Shown: positions 1-12,200 of the stretch, one piece after another
Numbering within the stretch: position 1 is the stretch's first letter
Layout of the letters: each line of letters starts with the position of its first letter
Assembly: GCA_963575745.1 (NCBI GenBank)
Contig: CAUYUJ010000151.1
Location: 62,001-117,582 of the forward strand
Direction: 5' to 3'
Length of the DNA stretch: 55,582 bases
Source: Prorocentrum cordatum
Taxonomy: Eukaryota
Notes under the pieces: model-generated
Databases searched by the model: none
Seen by the model: only the letters and a program-made list of their open reading frames with translations
Told to the model about the DNA's origin: nothing
Made by a program: the position numbers and the translations under genes

Positions 1-57
1 CCGCAGCCGCCGCCGCCGCTGCCGTCGTCGTCATCGTCGTCGTCGTCGTCGACGACA

Positions 58-103
<46 letters not shown>

Positions 104-236
104 GGTCGCGGCGGTGGTCGTGATCGTAGTCGTCGTGGTCGTCATGGTCGTTGTCGTCGTGGTCGTCATGGTCATGATCGTGGTCGTGGTCGCTGTCGCC
201 GTCGTCGTCGTCGTCGTCGTCGTCGTCCTCGTCGTT

Positions 237-296
<60 letters not shown>

Positions 297-1333
297 GTCG
301 TCACCGCCACCGCCGCCGTCGCCGAAACCAGGCGACAACGCGCGGGGTGGAAAGACTGCAGCGCCCGGATCACGGTGACCTCAGGGTCGAGACTCGGGGA
401 TCCTCCTCGCTCCTCCCAGGGGGAATAGCGAAGGGGAGGGGCAAAGCGAAGGCGAGGGGGAGGACGACGGCGAGGTGTGGAGGAGGAGGAGGAGGAGGAG
501 GAGGAGGAGGAGGAGGAGGAGGAGGGCGAGGCTTTGGAAGGGGGACCTGCCAGGATCCAGCCCCAGTAATCGCTGGAGGTGGAGCACCCTGCCCCCCCCC
601 TCCTCCCCCGCTCCTCCGCCCCCAGCCGCCCCGACCCCGCCCTACTCCCCCGGACCTCGCCCTGGATGCGTTCTGGCCAGAATCTCGAGGCGGATCCAGC
701 GGTGGCCACGAGGGCCTCCACAGAGGCCCACGGAAGCGAGCGCGAGGCCAGGCCAGCGGCATCGGCATGCCTTTCCCTTCCCCCTCCTCCCCGCTCCTCC
801 CCGAGGCACCCCCCGCCGCCCCGCCCTCCCCGATGCTTCTCGGGCCTCTCTCCCGCTCCTCCCCCGCTCCTTCCCCCCACCCGAGGTGCCTCCCCCCCCG
901 CGCCTCGCGCCGCGGCGGCGGCAGGGCGGCGCGGGCCGCGCGGTCGCCAGCGGGCTCCTGCCTGTAGAGCACGCCAGTCGCCTCCTGAAGGTCGTCGTCG
1001 TCGTCGCCGTCCTCGTCGCCGTCCTCGTCGTCGTCGTAGTGGTCGCCGTCGTAGTGGTCGTCGTCGTCGTCGTCGTCGTCATCGTCGTCGTCGTCGTCGT
1101 CGCCGTCGTCCTGCTCCTCGTGCTCCTGCTCCTTCTCGTCCTCCTCCTCCTCCGCCTCTTCCTCCTGCTCTCTTTCCTTCTTACCCCTCCTCCTCCGCCT
1201 CCGCCTCCTCCTCCTCCTCCTCCTCCTCCTCCTCCTCCTCCTCCTACTCCTCTTCCTCATCCTCCTGCCAATCCTCCGTTCTCCTCCCCGTCCTCCTCGT
1301 CGCCACCCTCCCCGTCCTGCCAGGCAACGAGAA

Positions 1334-1419
<86 letters not shown>

Positions 1420-1937
1420 TCCTGTCCCTCCCTTATGCTGCTGCTCCTGCTCCTCCTCCCTTTTCCTCCACCACCTCCTCCTCCTCAGATTCGTGCTCCT
1501 CTTCCGCATTCTGCCCCTCGCCCTCCTCCTCCGCACCTCCTCCTCCTCATGCTCCTTTCTCCCCCTTGTCCATGTCGTCTTCGTCGTTCTACTCCTCGTC
1601 CAGGTCGTCATCCTCCCCCTCCACCTCCGCAATGGTCAAGATTCAGGGTGGTGCCACCGAGCCTGTGGCGCAGGCCTCTTTTCCTCCTTGTCCAGGTCGG
1701 CGTCGTCGTCGTCGTCGACGTTCTCCGCCTCCTCCTGCTGCTCCTCCTGCTCCTCGTGCTCATGTTCCTCCTCCCTCCTCCTCCTCCTCCTCCTTCTCCT
1801 CCTCCTCCTCCTCCTCCTCATCCTCCTCCTTCGACGACGACTCCTGCGCCTCATGCTCTCTCCTGCTCCTCCGTCCTCCTCACCGTCCTGCCCGGCTCCA
1901 GAGTTCCAGACAACGACTACGACGATGACGATGACGA

Positions 1938-1977
<40 letters not shown>

Positions 1978-2104
1978 TTGTCGTTGTCTTCCTCGTCGTC
2001 CTCCTCCTCGGAAGCCTCTGGGAACTTCAGGAATTCCTGGAGATAGCCATCGTCCTCTTTGCCCTCGTCCTCGTCCTCGTCCTCCTCCGCCTTCAACCCT
2101 CCTT

Positions 2105-2680
2105 TCCCTTATGACTAACTCCTGTCTGTCGCACCCCGAGGCCAGTCGAAAGGGCGGGCTGGGCGTTTCGCTTGAGAATTCCTCACGGTCTATGATCCTG
2201 AAACTTAGAATTTGCAAGAGCTTCACGGATGGAGGATGGCCCGTTTTCAAAATGTGGCTCTCGCCTTAGCGCCGCGCGCACTCGTCTCAAAACTTTGAAG
2301 AGGTTCCGCAAATGGAGGGCGGCCCGGTTGCAAGATATGGCTCTCGCCTTGGCGCCGCGCATTTTCGTTTTAAACGTTGGCACGAGTTTCACGGGTGGCG
2401 GGCTGCTCCTGTTCAAAATGTGGCTATCGCCTTAGCGCCGGGCGCATTCGTCTTAAGAGTCTGCAGCGGTTTCAGAGACTCTCGTGGTCAACGTGCCGGA
2501 CATGGTGTTGCGGCGCTGATGTCCCAAGAACGGTGTTCTGGCACACGTCCGGATGTTCAAACGGTTGTCTTCCAACAGGACAACTCCCTCAAGGAAAAAT
2601 AATCCGTGTATGGGACATATGAAGAAGAACAACGGAGGGAGGGTTTCTTGCAATATCACAGATGGGTATTGAGTGTACAC
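2105..2680 (+). repeat. Dispersed element with an internal ~82-bp tandem array (about 3 units)
   Basis: Unit TTCACGGATTGAGGGCGG...TTTCAAAATGTGGCTCTCGCCTTAGCGCCGCGCAC...; unique flanks are shared with the three copies below. Confidence 0.75.
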
Positions 2681-4143
2681 CTCCTCCTCCTCCTCCTTCT
2701 TCTCCTCCTCCACCTCCTCCTCCTCTTCCTCCTCCTTCCTCCTCCTCCTCCTCCTCCTCCACATCCTCCTCCTTCGTCCTCATCCTCCTCTTATTGATCC
2801 TCCTCATTCCGCCTTCGTGGCCCCTCCTCCTCCTCCTCCTGCTCCTTGTCCCCCCCTTCCCCTCTCTGCCTCCCTGCTCCCTCCCTGCCCCACACTGCCC
2901 CTCCTCTCCCTCATCCCTATCACTCCTCCTTCCTCCTCCTCCTCCTCCTCCTCCTCCTCCTCCCGCCTCCTCCTCCTTCAAACCTCCACCGCCTCCTCCG
3001 ACTTCCTCCTCCTCCTCTTTTCCTCCTCCCCTCCTCCTCCTCCTCCTCCTCCCCTGCTACTACCATTTCCTCATCCCCCCCACTCCACCACCACCACTGC
3101 CACACCACCCCATCACCGCCTCCTCCACCACCACCAACCACCCCGCCGCCACACCACATCACCTCCTCCTCCTCCTCCTCCTCCTCCTCCTCTTTCCTAC
3201 TACTTTCTCCACCTCCCCTCCTCCTCCTCCTTCTCCTCCACCCCTCCTCCTCTCCTCCTCCTCTCCTCCTCCTCCTCCTCCTCCCCGTGTTTTTCCCCAT
3301 TCGTGGCCCCTCCTCCTCCTCCTCCTCCTCCTCCTCCTCCTCCTCCTTCTCCTCCTCCTCCTCCCACTCCTCCTCTTCCTCCTCCTGGTCCCCTCCTTCT
3401 CTTCCTCCTCCTTGCCCCCCCCTTCCCATCCCTCGCTCCCTGCCCCCCTCTGCCCCTCTGCGCCTCCCCCGAGGCACGGGCACCTCCCCCCAGGGGGGCC
3501 CACCGCCGCGGGGCGCATGCGGCGCGAGGTTCGCTGCGGGACCCTCCCCCCCCGCGGGTGGCCAGTGGGCGGTGCTCCGACCTCCCTCCCTCCCTCCTCC
3601 TTCCTCCCTGCTCCCCCCTCCCTCCCTCTCTCCCTCTGCCCTTTGCCCCCCCTCCTCCTTCTCCTTCTCCTTCTCCTTCTCCGCCTCCTCCCCCCTCCTC
3701 CGCCTCCTAGTCGCCCTCATCCTCCTCCTCATTCCTCCTACCATCCTCCTCCTCCTCCTCCTCCTCCTCCTCCTCCTCCTCCCATCCCCCCCTCTGCTCT
3801 CTCCATCTCCTCCATCTCCTCCCTCCCCTGCGTGGAGCGCGAGGCAGCATCCACCCGCCGGGCTCTCGTGCGGCTCTCCACGGGCACAGTGGCGGCCCCT
3901 CCCCCCCCCCTGGGCCTGCCGCCGCGGGGCGCGAGAGGCGCGCGAGGCGCGCGCCAGGCGCTCAGACCTCCAGCGCGCCCACGAGCAGCGGCGCTCTCTC
4001 CTCCGCCGTTGGCCTCCGCATGGGGGCCCGCTGTCGGCGCCCCCCCCCCCGGGGCTCCGCCGGCGAAGGGCTCTGGGTGGGGAGCTGCTGGCCCTGGGGA
4101 GAGCGCTGGGACCTCCGGGGGAGGGGGGGGCGTAGTGTAGACT

Positions 4144-4325
4144 CTTTTTTTCTGGCAAGGCGACAGAGATGCACCACTGGAATTCCTAAAACACTTCGGT
4201 CAGGAATCCAACTCCTATCGAGCGCAACCCTGAGCTGCCGGATGTTATATATCTGACTCTGAGCACCGTGCACTAACACGAAAACTTAAAGTCCGACATT
4301 CTGCTGGGGCGGGCCGCAAGCCACA
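4144..4325 (-). other. 182-bp segment between 18-bp direct repeats with an A8 tail on the minus strand; possible short retroposed fragment
   Basis: GGGGGCGTAGTGTAGACT at 4126-4143 and 4326-4343; T8 at 4145-4152. Confidence 0.5.
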
Positions 4326-4597
4326 GGGGGCGTAGTGTAGACTGGTGGCCGCGCGCCTGTGCACTGAGGTGTCTGGGCCCCGTTCCATGGGGCTTCGCAG
4401 GAGCGCCACAGGGCAACGTGTCGTGTACATTGGTTCGGCCAGTTCTCTGGGCCTCCAGGTGGCAGGTGTTGAGCACACTACGTCTACATATACACATGTG
4501 TCTATTAACATGGACATGTATACATACACACTGTGCTTGGGCCACCATATGTCACTAAGTGGTAGGCCTAGGTAATGGGCATGTTCAAAGCCCCAGA

Positions 4598-5740
4598 ACA
4601 AAACAACTATCCCGGCAAAGCAACCTAACAGCGATGTGTATAAGCATATCTGGAAGCACTCCCCTTAAGATTCAGGTGAGAATCCAGTTGTAGAATTATG
4701 CTGTTCTCGCAGTCGAAGTCGCATTCGCAATGACAGTCGCAGTGGCAACGGCCTTAGGATCCAATGTAATCCTAAGGATTTCTAGGGATTCCTAAGGCAT
4801 CCTGAGGCATTCTTAGGAATCCAATGGAATCCTTAGGAAACTGTTGGGAATCCTTGGGAATCCTGATCCCTAGGGATTCCTAGGGATTCCTAAGGATTCC
4901 TAAGGAATCCTAAGGATTCCGAAGGATTCGCCTGCCTCGGCCTCAGCCTCAGCCTGCCTCAGCCTCAGCCTGCCTCGGCCTCAGCCTGCCTCGGCCTCAG
5001 CCTCAGCCTGTCTCAGCCTCAGCCTGCCTCAGCATCAGCCTCAGCCTCAGCCTCAGCCTGCCTCGGCGTGCCTCGGCCTCAGCCTCATGCCTCGGCCTCA
5101 GCCTCAGCCTCAGCCTGCCTCAGCCTCAGTCTCAGCCTGCCTCAGCCTCAGCCTGCATCAGCCTCAGCCTCAGCCTGCGGCAGCCGCAGCTTGCCTCAGC
5201 CTAAGCCACAGCCTCAGCCTCAGCCTGCTTCAGCTTCAGCCTCAGCCTCAGCCTGCCTCGGCTTGCCTAAGCCTCAGCCTCAGCCTGCCTCAGCCTCAGC
5301 CTTAGCCTCAGCCTGCCTCAGCCTCAGCGTCAGCCTCTCAGCGTCAGCCTGCATCAGCCTCAGCCTCAGCCTCAGCCTCAGCCTCAGCCTGCCTCAGCCT
5401 CAGTCTCAGCCTGCTTCAGCCTCAGCCTGCCTCAGCCTCAGCCTCAGCCTGCCTCACCTCAGCTGGACTGCTCAGCCTCAAGCCTCAGCCGCCTCACTGC
5501 AGCCTCAGCCTGCCTCGGCGTGCTCAGCCTCAGGCCCAGCCTACCTCGGCTCAGCTGCCTCGACCTTCAGCCTGGCCACAGCTCGGCAGTCAAAATATGG
5601 CACAGGACTGGTGTTCTGGGAACACGAAGAACACGAAATGGCCTACAGTTGGCTCCGGGCATTTTTTTCAAAAGATGGCACATGACCTTGACCCAGAGAT
5701 CACGAAGAAAACACGAAGTGGCCTAAAAAAAACAAGAAAG

Positions 5741-5772
<32 letters not shown>

Positions 5773-6217
5773 AAAATACACACCAAAAAAAGAAAAAAAA
5801 AAAACAAAAAAAAAAAAAGAAGTTTGGGCTCCGGGCATTCAAAATGTGGCCTGGGAATGGTGTTCTGGGAAGACGAAGAACACGAAATGGCCTACAGTTG
5901 GCTCCGGGCATTCAAAATGTGGCCTGGGAATGGTGTTCTGGGAAGACAAAGAACACGAAGTGGCCTACAGTTGGCTCCTGGCATTCAAAATGTGGCCTGC
6001 GAAGAACACGAAGTGGCCTACAGTTGGCTCCGGGCATTCAAAATGTGGCCTGGGAATGGTGTGATGGGAATGGATTCCTAAGGATTCCTAAGAATTCCAA
6101 AAGATTCCTAAGGATTCCTGGGGCTGCCGGTTTTGTCCGGTTCCCGCTTCCGGTTCCCGCCCAGACCCCCCTTGTGCGTCAAGATGCTCTCTTTTGAGCC
6201 CACTAGAAACCTATCAG
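4598..6217 (+). repeat. Composite repeat: unique head - (GCCTCA)n - 73-bp array - unique tail
   Basis: The head at 4600-4752 matches the reverse complement of about 54105-54265. The tail CTCTTTTGA..CCACTAGAAACCTATCAG matches the reverse complements at about 52284-52312 and 54633-54662. Confidence 0.8.
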
Positions 6218-9070
6218 TCTTCGCTGTTAGGTAACAAATGACCACCCTGCTACGGAAGACCTTCAACGGCCCTACACAGCAACGACAAGCCACCGACCTC
6301 GAGGGCTCGGGCCCCTTCGCCAGGCGTAAGAAGAAATATGGGACGCCATATGTAGAACCCTTACAGGCAAGCTATTTACGGAAACATCGGATCTCTGATT
6401 TCCTGCCGCCACGGCGGCGTCGACTCTTGCTTCCGACGCCACGCGAGGCGCTCGGCCTTGGACAGCATCCGCTCTCGACGGTCAGGGACGTCCGCCCCAT
6501 CTTCCGCATGGTTCTCGCGGCGTGGGCCGCTTCCCTGTGAGGACACCAGGCGACCACAACCACAGCGAGGACGCAACCTTTGGGATGTCTTGCGCATGCT
6601 ATCTGTCGCCAGAGCACCGCAGCCAGCTCAGTACTGGCACTGGTTGCAGTCGATGTGAGCGCCTCAGACGGCAAACTCGACCACAGCCACAACACAGTTG
6701 CCCACGTCGAGGTCGGGGAGTTCTCCCCAGGGGGGGGCCTTCCACAAAAAATCCGCTTGGTTGTGGCAGTGGCCTGGATCCCCCTGAGCCCCAGTGCCCG
6801 AAGCGAACCCAGACAGCCTCCGATACTTGTTTAATCCGCGTCCCGGGAGGTCCCCGCATTTTGCGCCCCGGATGAATCCCACCAGCCCTCTGGGCGTAGG
6901 TGGTCTAGAACAGATCCTCTTCCACCCCTCCCTCTTCCCCCTTGGGGAGGGGTTTACCCCTCCCCCTAACCCCCCTCCCCTGGACTGGGACGGGGGGGCC
7001 CGCGGGTAGTTAGAGGTCCAAGAGGCCCAAGACGGCTCCAAGACGCCTCAGAGAACCCCCTGGAGCTCCACGAAGGCTCAAGATAGCGCAAGAATCGCTT
7101 CACGATGTGGCTCCTAAGTGGTTCCCAAGAAGCCCAAAGAAACGGCCCCAAGATAACTCCAAGTGGGCACAACTCCAAGTGGCCAAACAGCTCCCCAAGG
7201 AGGCCCCGAAGAGGCCAAAATCGTCCCAAAACCTAAGGAAAAATCAATGATTTTTGCTTTCTCGCCTTTTCGCTTCCGATGGCCATCCGAGGCCTGGAGA
7301 TGGCTCCAAGATGGCCCAAGAGGGCCCCAAGAGAGCCCCAAAAGAGCCCCAAGACGGCCCAAGAGCGCCCAAGAGCACTCCAAGAGCGTTCCAAGAGGGG
7401 TCCAAGAGGCGATTTTAGGGGCTTCCGAGGGGGGGCGCTAATTAAACCCCCCCTCTTGTTTGATCGACTCCCTCCAAGATGGCCCCAAAAGCGCCCCGCA
7501 GGCTCCCCAGAGCGCCTCAAGAGGGTCCCAAGAGGCGCCCAAGATGCCCCAAGGCGCCCAAAAAGCCCTCCAAGAGGCCCTCAAAAGACCCCCAAGAAAA
7601 AAAGAAAAAGAAAAAAAATAAAAAAAAAAAAAACTCCTTCCCCCTCCTACTTCTCCTCCTCGCGTCTTCCTACTTCTCCGCCCTTCCTCCCGCCTCCTCC
7701 TCCTCCGTGCCTCTTCCCCCCTCCTCCTCCTCCTCCCTCCACGACACGACGACACGACGACGACTCCCGCTTCATCCTCACCCCTCCTCGGGGTCAGTGA
7801 CCAGCGTTACTCCCCCCTAGTTATGCTGCATGCTCCCCGACGTTCCCTGATCACCTCAACTCCCCTGAGCATCGTTTCTGGATGGGGCGGTGGGGATACG
7901 CGAAGCGTCAACCATGTCTGTCCTGATGCTTCTGATGGTCCCAGAGCACGAGAACGGACCCCGGAGCCCGGAAAGAAAAGAAAAAAAAAACAAAAAAACA
8001 AAAAAAAAACAAGAATGAAATAAGAAGAAAAATAAAAAAAACGAGCCGAAGTCAAGGAAAAAACGCCCAGACTGAAAACACATATATCCTCTGGGATCTC
8101 TGGGTCTCTGGGTGCCTGGGATCTGTGGATCTCTGGGAGCTCTGGATCCCAGCATCGAAAAAAGCACCTCGGATCTCCTGGTGCCCGAAACGCGCCCCCC
8201 GAACGCGCTCAGCATCGAACGCTTCCGCCGCCGCCGCCACGCACCGGGCAGGCCCGAGCTGGATCGAATCGCGAGACCCAGTGGAATCGGAAACGCATGG
8301 GACCGCCAGCCAATCGTTCGGAACCGAATCGACACCGGATAGCCGCGCTCGGCTCCGGCTGGCCCTGGCCGAGGCCAAAAAATGGGGCCGAATCGAATCG
8401 AATCGGAGTGGCTGCCTCAGCCGGCCAGTCGAATCGCATCGAATCGAATCGCAGGCGGCCCTGCCACTGCGTGCGCCCACCTGGCGGGCTCCAGCACGCC
8501 GTCTCCGGAGCCCTCCAGCACGCCCTCTCCCGGCCAGTGCCACCGCGCCCTGGCAGCGCGAACCCGCCAGGGAGCAGCTCCCCGGTTGGGTGAGCACTAG
8601 AGGGAGAGAAGGCAGGAGGAAAGGGAGGAGGAGGGGAAGTATAAGGAGTAGTAAGATCAGGAGCAGGAGGAGGAGGAGGCAGAAGAAGAAGAAGAGTAGG
8701 AGGAGCAGGAGTAGGAGGGGCGAGAGGAACAGAAGGAGGAGAAGGAGGAGGGGAGGAGGAGGAGGAGGAAGATGAGAGGGAGGCAGGGAGGGAAAGAGGG
8801 ACGATTTGTAGACGTTCTGCTACGAACGACGTGCAGGAGAGGGGGCAGGGGAGGGAGGAACGGTGGGAGGAGGGACGAGGAGGAGGAGGAGGAGAAGGAG
8901 GAGGAGGAAGAGGATGAGGATGAGGATGATGATGCTGCTGATGATGATGGTGATGATGGTGGTCATGCTGCAGATGATGCTGCTGCTGATGACGACGACG
9001 ACGAGGATGTTGATGATGCTGCTGATGATGACGAATATGATGAAGCTGATGCTGCTGTTGATGATGATGA

Positions 9071-9112
<42 letters not shown>

Positions 9113-9248
9113 CTGATGCTGACGATGCTGCTGTTGATGATGGCGATGATGATGCTGCTGATGATGATGATGATGATGATGATGGTGATGAGAAGGAGGA
9201 TTACCAAGATTACCGCCTTGACAAATGTCAATACCAACTCCGCTCCCC

Positions 9249-12200
9249 TTAAATCTTGGGGAAAAGATCGCGTGATATTCGGTCAAGATACTCTCGACGA
9301 CTCTTGGTGATGAGGGCTGGCCTACATGGCACACCCAACCCTCTCAGTTGGGATTGGCCGAAGTAGCCACACACAGCACAATACCAAATGCCGGGAGACA
9401 CGTGATAATACAATACAGAGAATGCGAGGGGTGAGCCCAACCACCAGCGATATGTACCAATCGTCCTCGGGGGAGCCTCAAAATCGTACCGTTCACATTT
9501 TCCAAGGACACGCATATACTCTCAAGCCAGGCCTTCACACTTGCATTCGACGCACTGCCCCTGCACACCGTGCAGGACTTCCCGTCTTCCCCTAAGCTAT
9601 GTGCAGTCGCGAAGCGTGCAACAGTATTAGGAGCGGGAGGAGGCGGAGGGGGAGGAGGCGGGGGAGGAACACCAGAGGGCAAACCCTCAGCGATTCTCAC
9701 TCTCCGCGCCTCCTGCTTCTGCTGTGTCTCGAACTTGAGGACCAGCAGGGCGGCCCGCAGCAGCCGTCGTCTAACGTGTGCTGCATCGCGTTCCACTGCC
9801 AGTACTCGACCTCGATGCTGCTCTGGAATGCGACACTTCCCAGCCGCAGCTTCTGCCACTTTATCCGCAACTTCATTGCCCTGCACCAGCCAGCTCGCAA
9901 TACCTCGCCCGAGGTACTCCGTCGGTGAAAGATGCGAGGACTCCTGCAACACCACCACGTCCGCCTTGGATCGGCCTTGGCTCTGGAGGAGGTCATGGAT
10001 GATCCTCCAGACGTCAGCATTCTGGCCCGCAGGTCGTGAATACTTCGCTTGCCACCAGCCGCGGCAGACTTCGTCGTTGTCAGTCACGTAGAACAACATT
10101 CCCGTTGAATATTCGATGGCCGTAGCCAAACATACGAGCTCACCCCTCGGCACCGTCTGCTTGGACTGCGATCCCCACAGGGGTCCCAACATGTACGGTC
10201 CCAAGGATACAGGTGAAAACGAATCAATGACAGCCAACCCCAGTCCAACTCGTCGTAGACGGCCATCTCGTGACTCGGCACCTCCTGAGGCGTCTCCGAA
10301 CACCAGCAGCGGTGCCGACCTTGTCCCTGGACCCAGACAACCGCTATGGAGTTGACTCATGTTGCCTACCTCCCACTGCGGTGCCTGTGCGGGCTATGGC
10401 ACCCACGTCCATGCGGACGGGATGGGGCCCCTGGTCCAGAAACAAGTCGCACTCTCACGCTCCGCACCTGCTCTCGCAACTAGATAATCAGAATCTGAAA
10501 ATGCACGGCCTCCGTAATTAGCTGGGCACTCCCACGTACGATGGAAAGCCGCTTCCACATATTCTTTGCAACGATCGCACACGCTGGATACACATCCCTT
10601 AACTTTGGCTGCAAACTTCCGCTCATTGGGCAAAGATCCACCCACCGCTGTGGAAATCATGAGTTCAACCAGCTGCCTCCCTTTGTATGCCTGGCCAAGA
10701 CACGATAGAAACTGCCGGTAACTAACAAAATCCACACCACCAGCCATGCCTTCACCACAATACAACTTCGCTGCTTCTCGCCATTGTTTTGCCGCGATCG
10801 ACTCCACGAACTCATCCAAGAGAGGTGCCACTTGATCGTGACCAACAATCTCAGCAGACGAGGAATTCCCAGCATGCCGATCTTGTGCACAACCGTTCGT
10901 GGTGCCCCACTCGTATGCCGAGGATGGTAACCAACCCGCCTGCAACAAATAAGAAATCGTCGCCGAAAAAGGACCTCTGATATGCCGTGATCTCTGTGCC
11001 TCTGACATCTCCAACAAAAACTGCACTGTATCATTCCATACACGCTGGATGCCATGATGCAGACGAGGCTCCGACCTCCATACTTGTAACCATTGAGCAA
11101 TACACTGCCGCGGTAGTACCAGGCCTGGATCCAATCCAGGCAATCGCAGTTCCAGGAGAGTCGTAGTGCACCGACCTCTCCTCGCCGAACTCGCAGCAGC
11201 TGCAAGTCTGCGCCGTTGCACCACCATGGACTCCCCAAAACAACCGTACACCTGGTGACCGTATACCGCTGCGGCCTGAGGTCCAGCTCGCTGCAACTTC
11301 GCTGTCGTCGCACACCGACAAGCCGCCCGTGCAAACCGTCGAAGCTTCGCATGCTGAGGTTTCGACTTGGCGACTCTCTTCCTTGCCGTGTCCCGAGCAT
11401 GCCTACGACCTCCTCCGAGATCGACGCCCAGGTAGGCCGCCTGCGAAGCCCCCTGCACCACAATACCTTTGCGCCTCAGCTGCTGGATCACAGCCTTCGT
11501 ATCAGCATTGCGTTAGCGCGTGACCGTCGACTTTGGAGAAATCGCCAAGCCTTGACTTCTCATATACTTCGCTGCGCTACAAATACCTTTGACCAACATG
11601 ATACGCACCTGTCGTCGCGAGCCCACAATACGCATGGAGAAGTCGTCAATCCACAAGCGCTCGGAGAACAACGGATGAACTGTGCACAAACGATGAAGAA
11701 CCCAGTAATTCATGCAGCGAGCAAATCTGGTTCCACTCCTCAAACCCTGCACTAACGAACGAGTCGGCTGGAATGGGAGAGAATGCGCTGAAACCTGAGC
11801 CACCATTCTCAAACTCATACAGATCCTCAATTCCAAGAATAATATTGTCGGAGGAAATCGCAGTCGAAGAGCCCCACGCGCAAGATGTGGCCGCTCTATG
11901 CTGTCATAGAAAGCGTGAACATCCACGAGCGCATGCCCGTGCGGCACCCTCAGACGAACATGCACTTCCTCTTCGAGCGCCCGAACACACGCTTCCCGAA
12001 GCGCACTGTTGTTGGCCACAGCCGCATCCCACACAGGCTCATCGTCCAGAGCCCATTGACGCACTTGACCTTCACTCGCCATACCCCACAGACGACAAAA
12101 CATGGCAATCCAACCGATGACTCGGTCGCCTCCTCATATCTTGCCCAAGAGGCGACCGATAACAGTGAGCACCTGCCACGGCCATGACAATCCTTCTTCC

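Noticed and set aside
4326..4400. tRNA-like start GGGGGCGTAGTGTAGACTGGT
   Set aside because: No TTC-loop/B box or acceptor-stem partner at the right spacing.
5725..5820. Long A-rich runs as retroposon tails (also 7600, 7975 and 49669)
   Set aside because: They sit inside other repeat units without TSDs, consistent with homopolymer expansion.
6230..6830. Unique segment with several short ORFs
   Set aside because: No recognisable motif, splice pattern or termini. It may be an exon/UTR or a TE fragment, but I cannot support a call.
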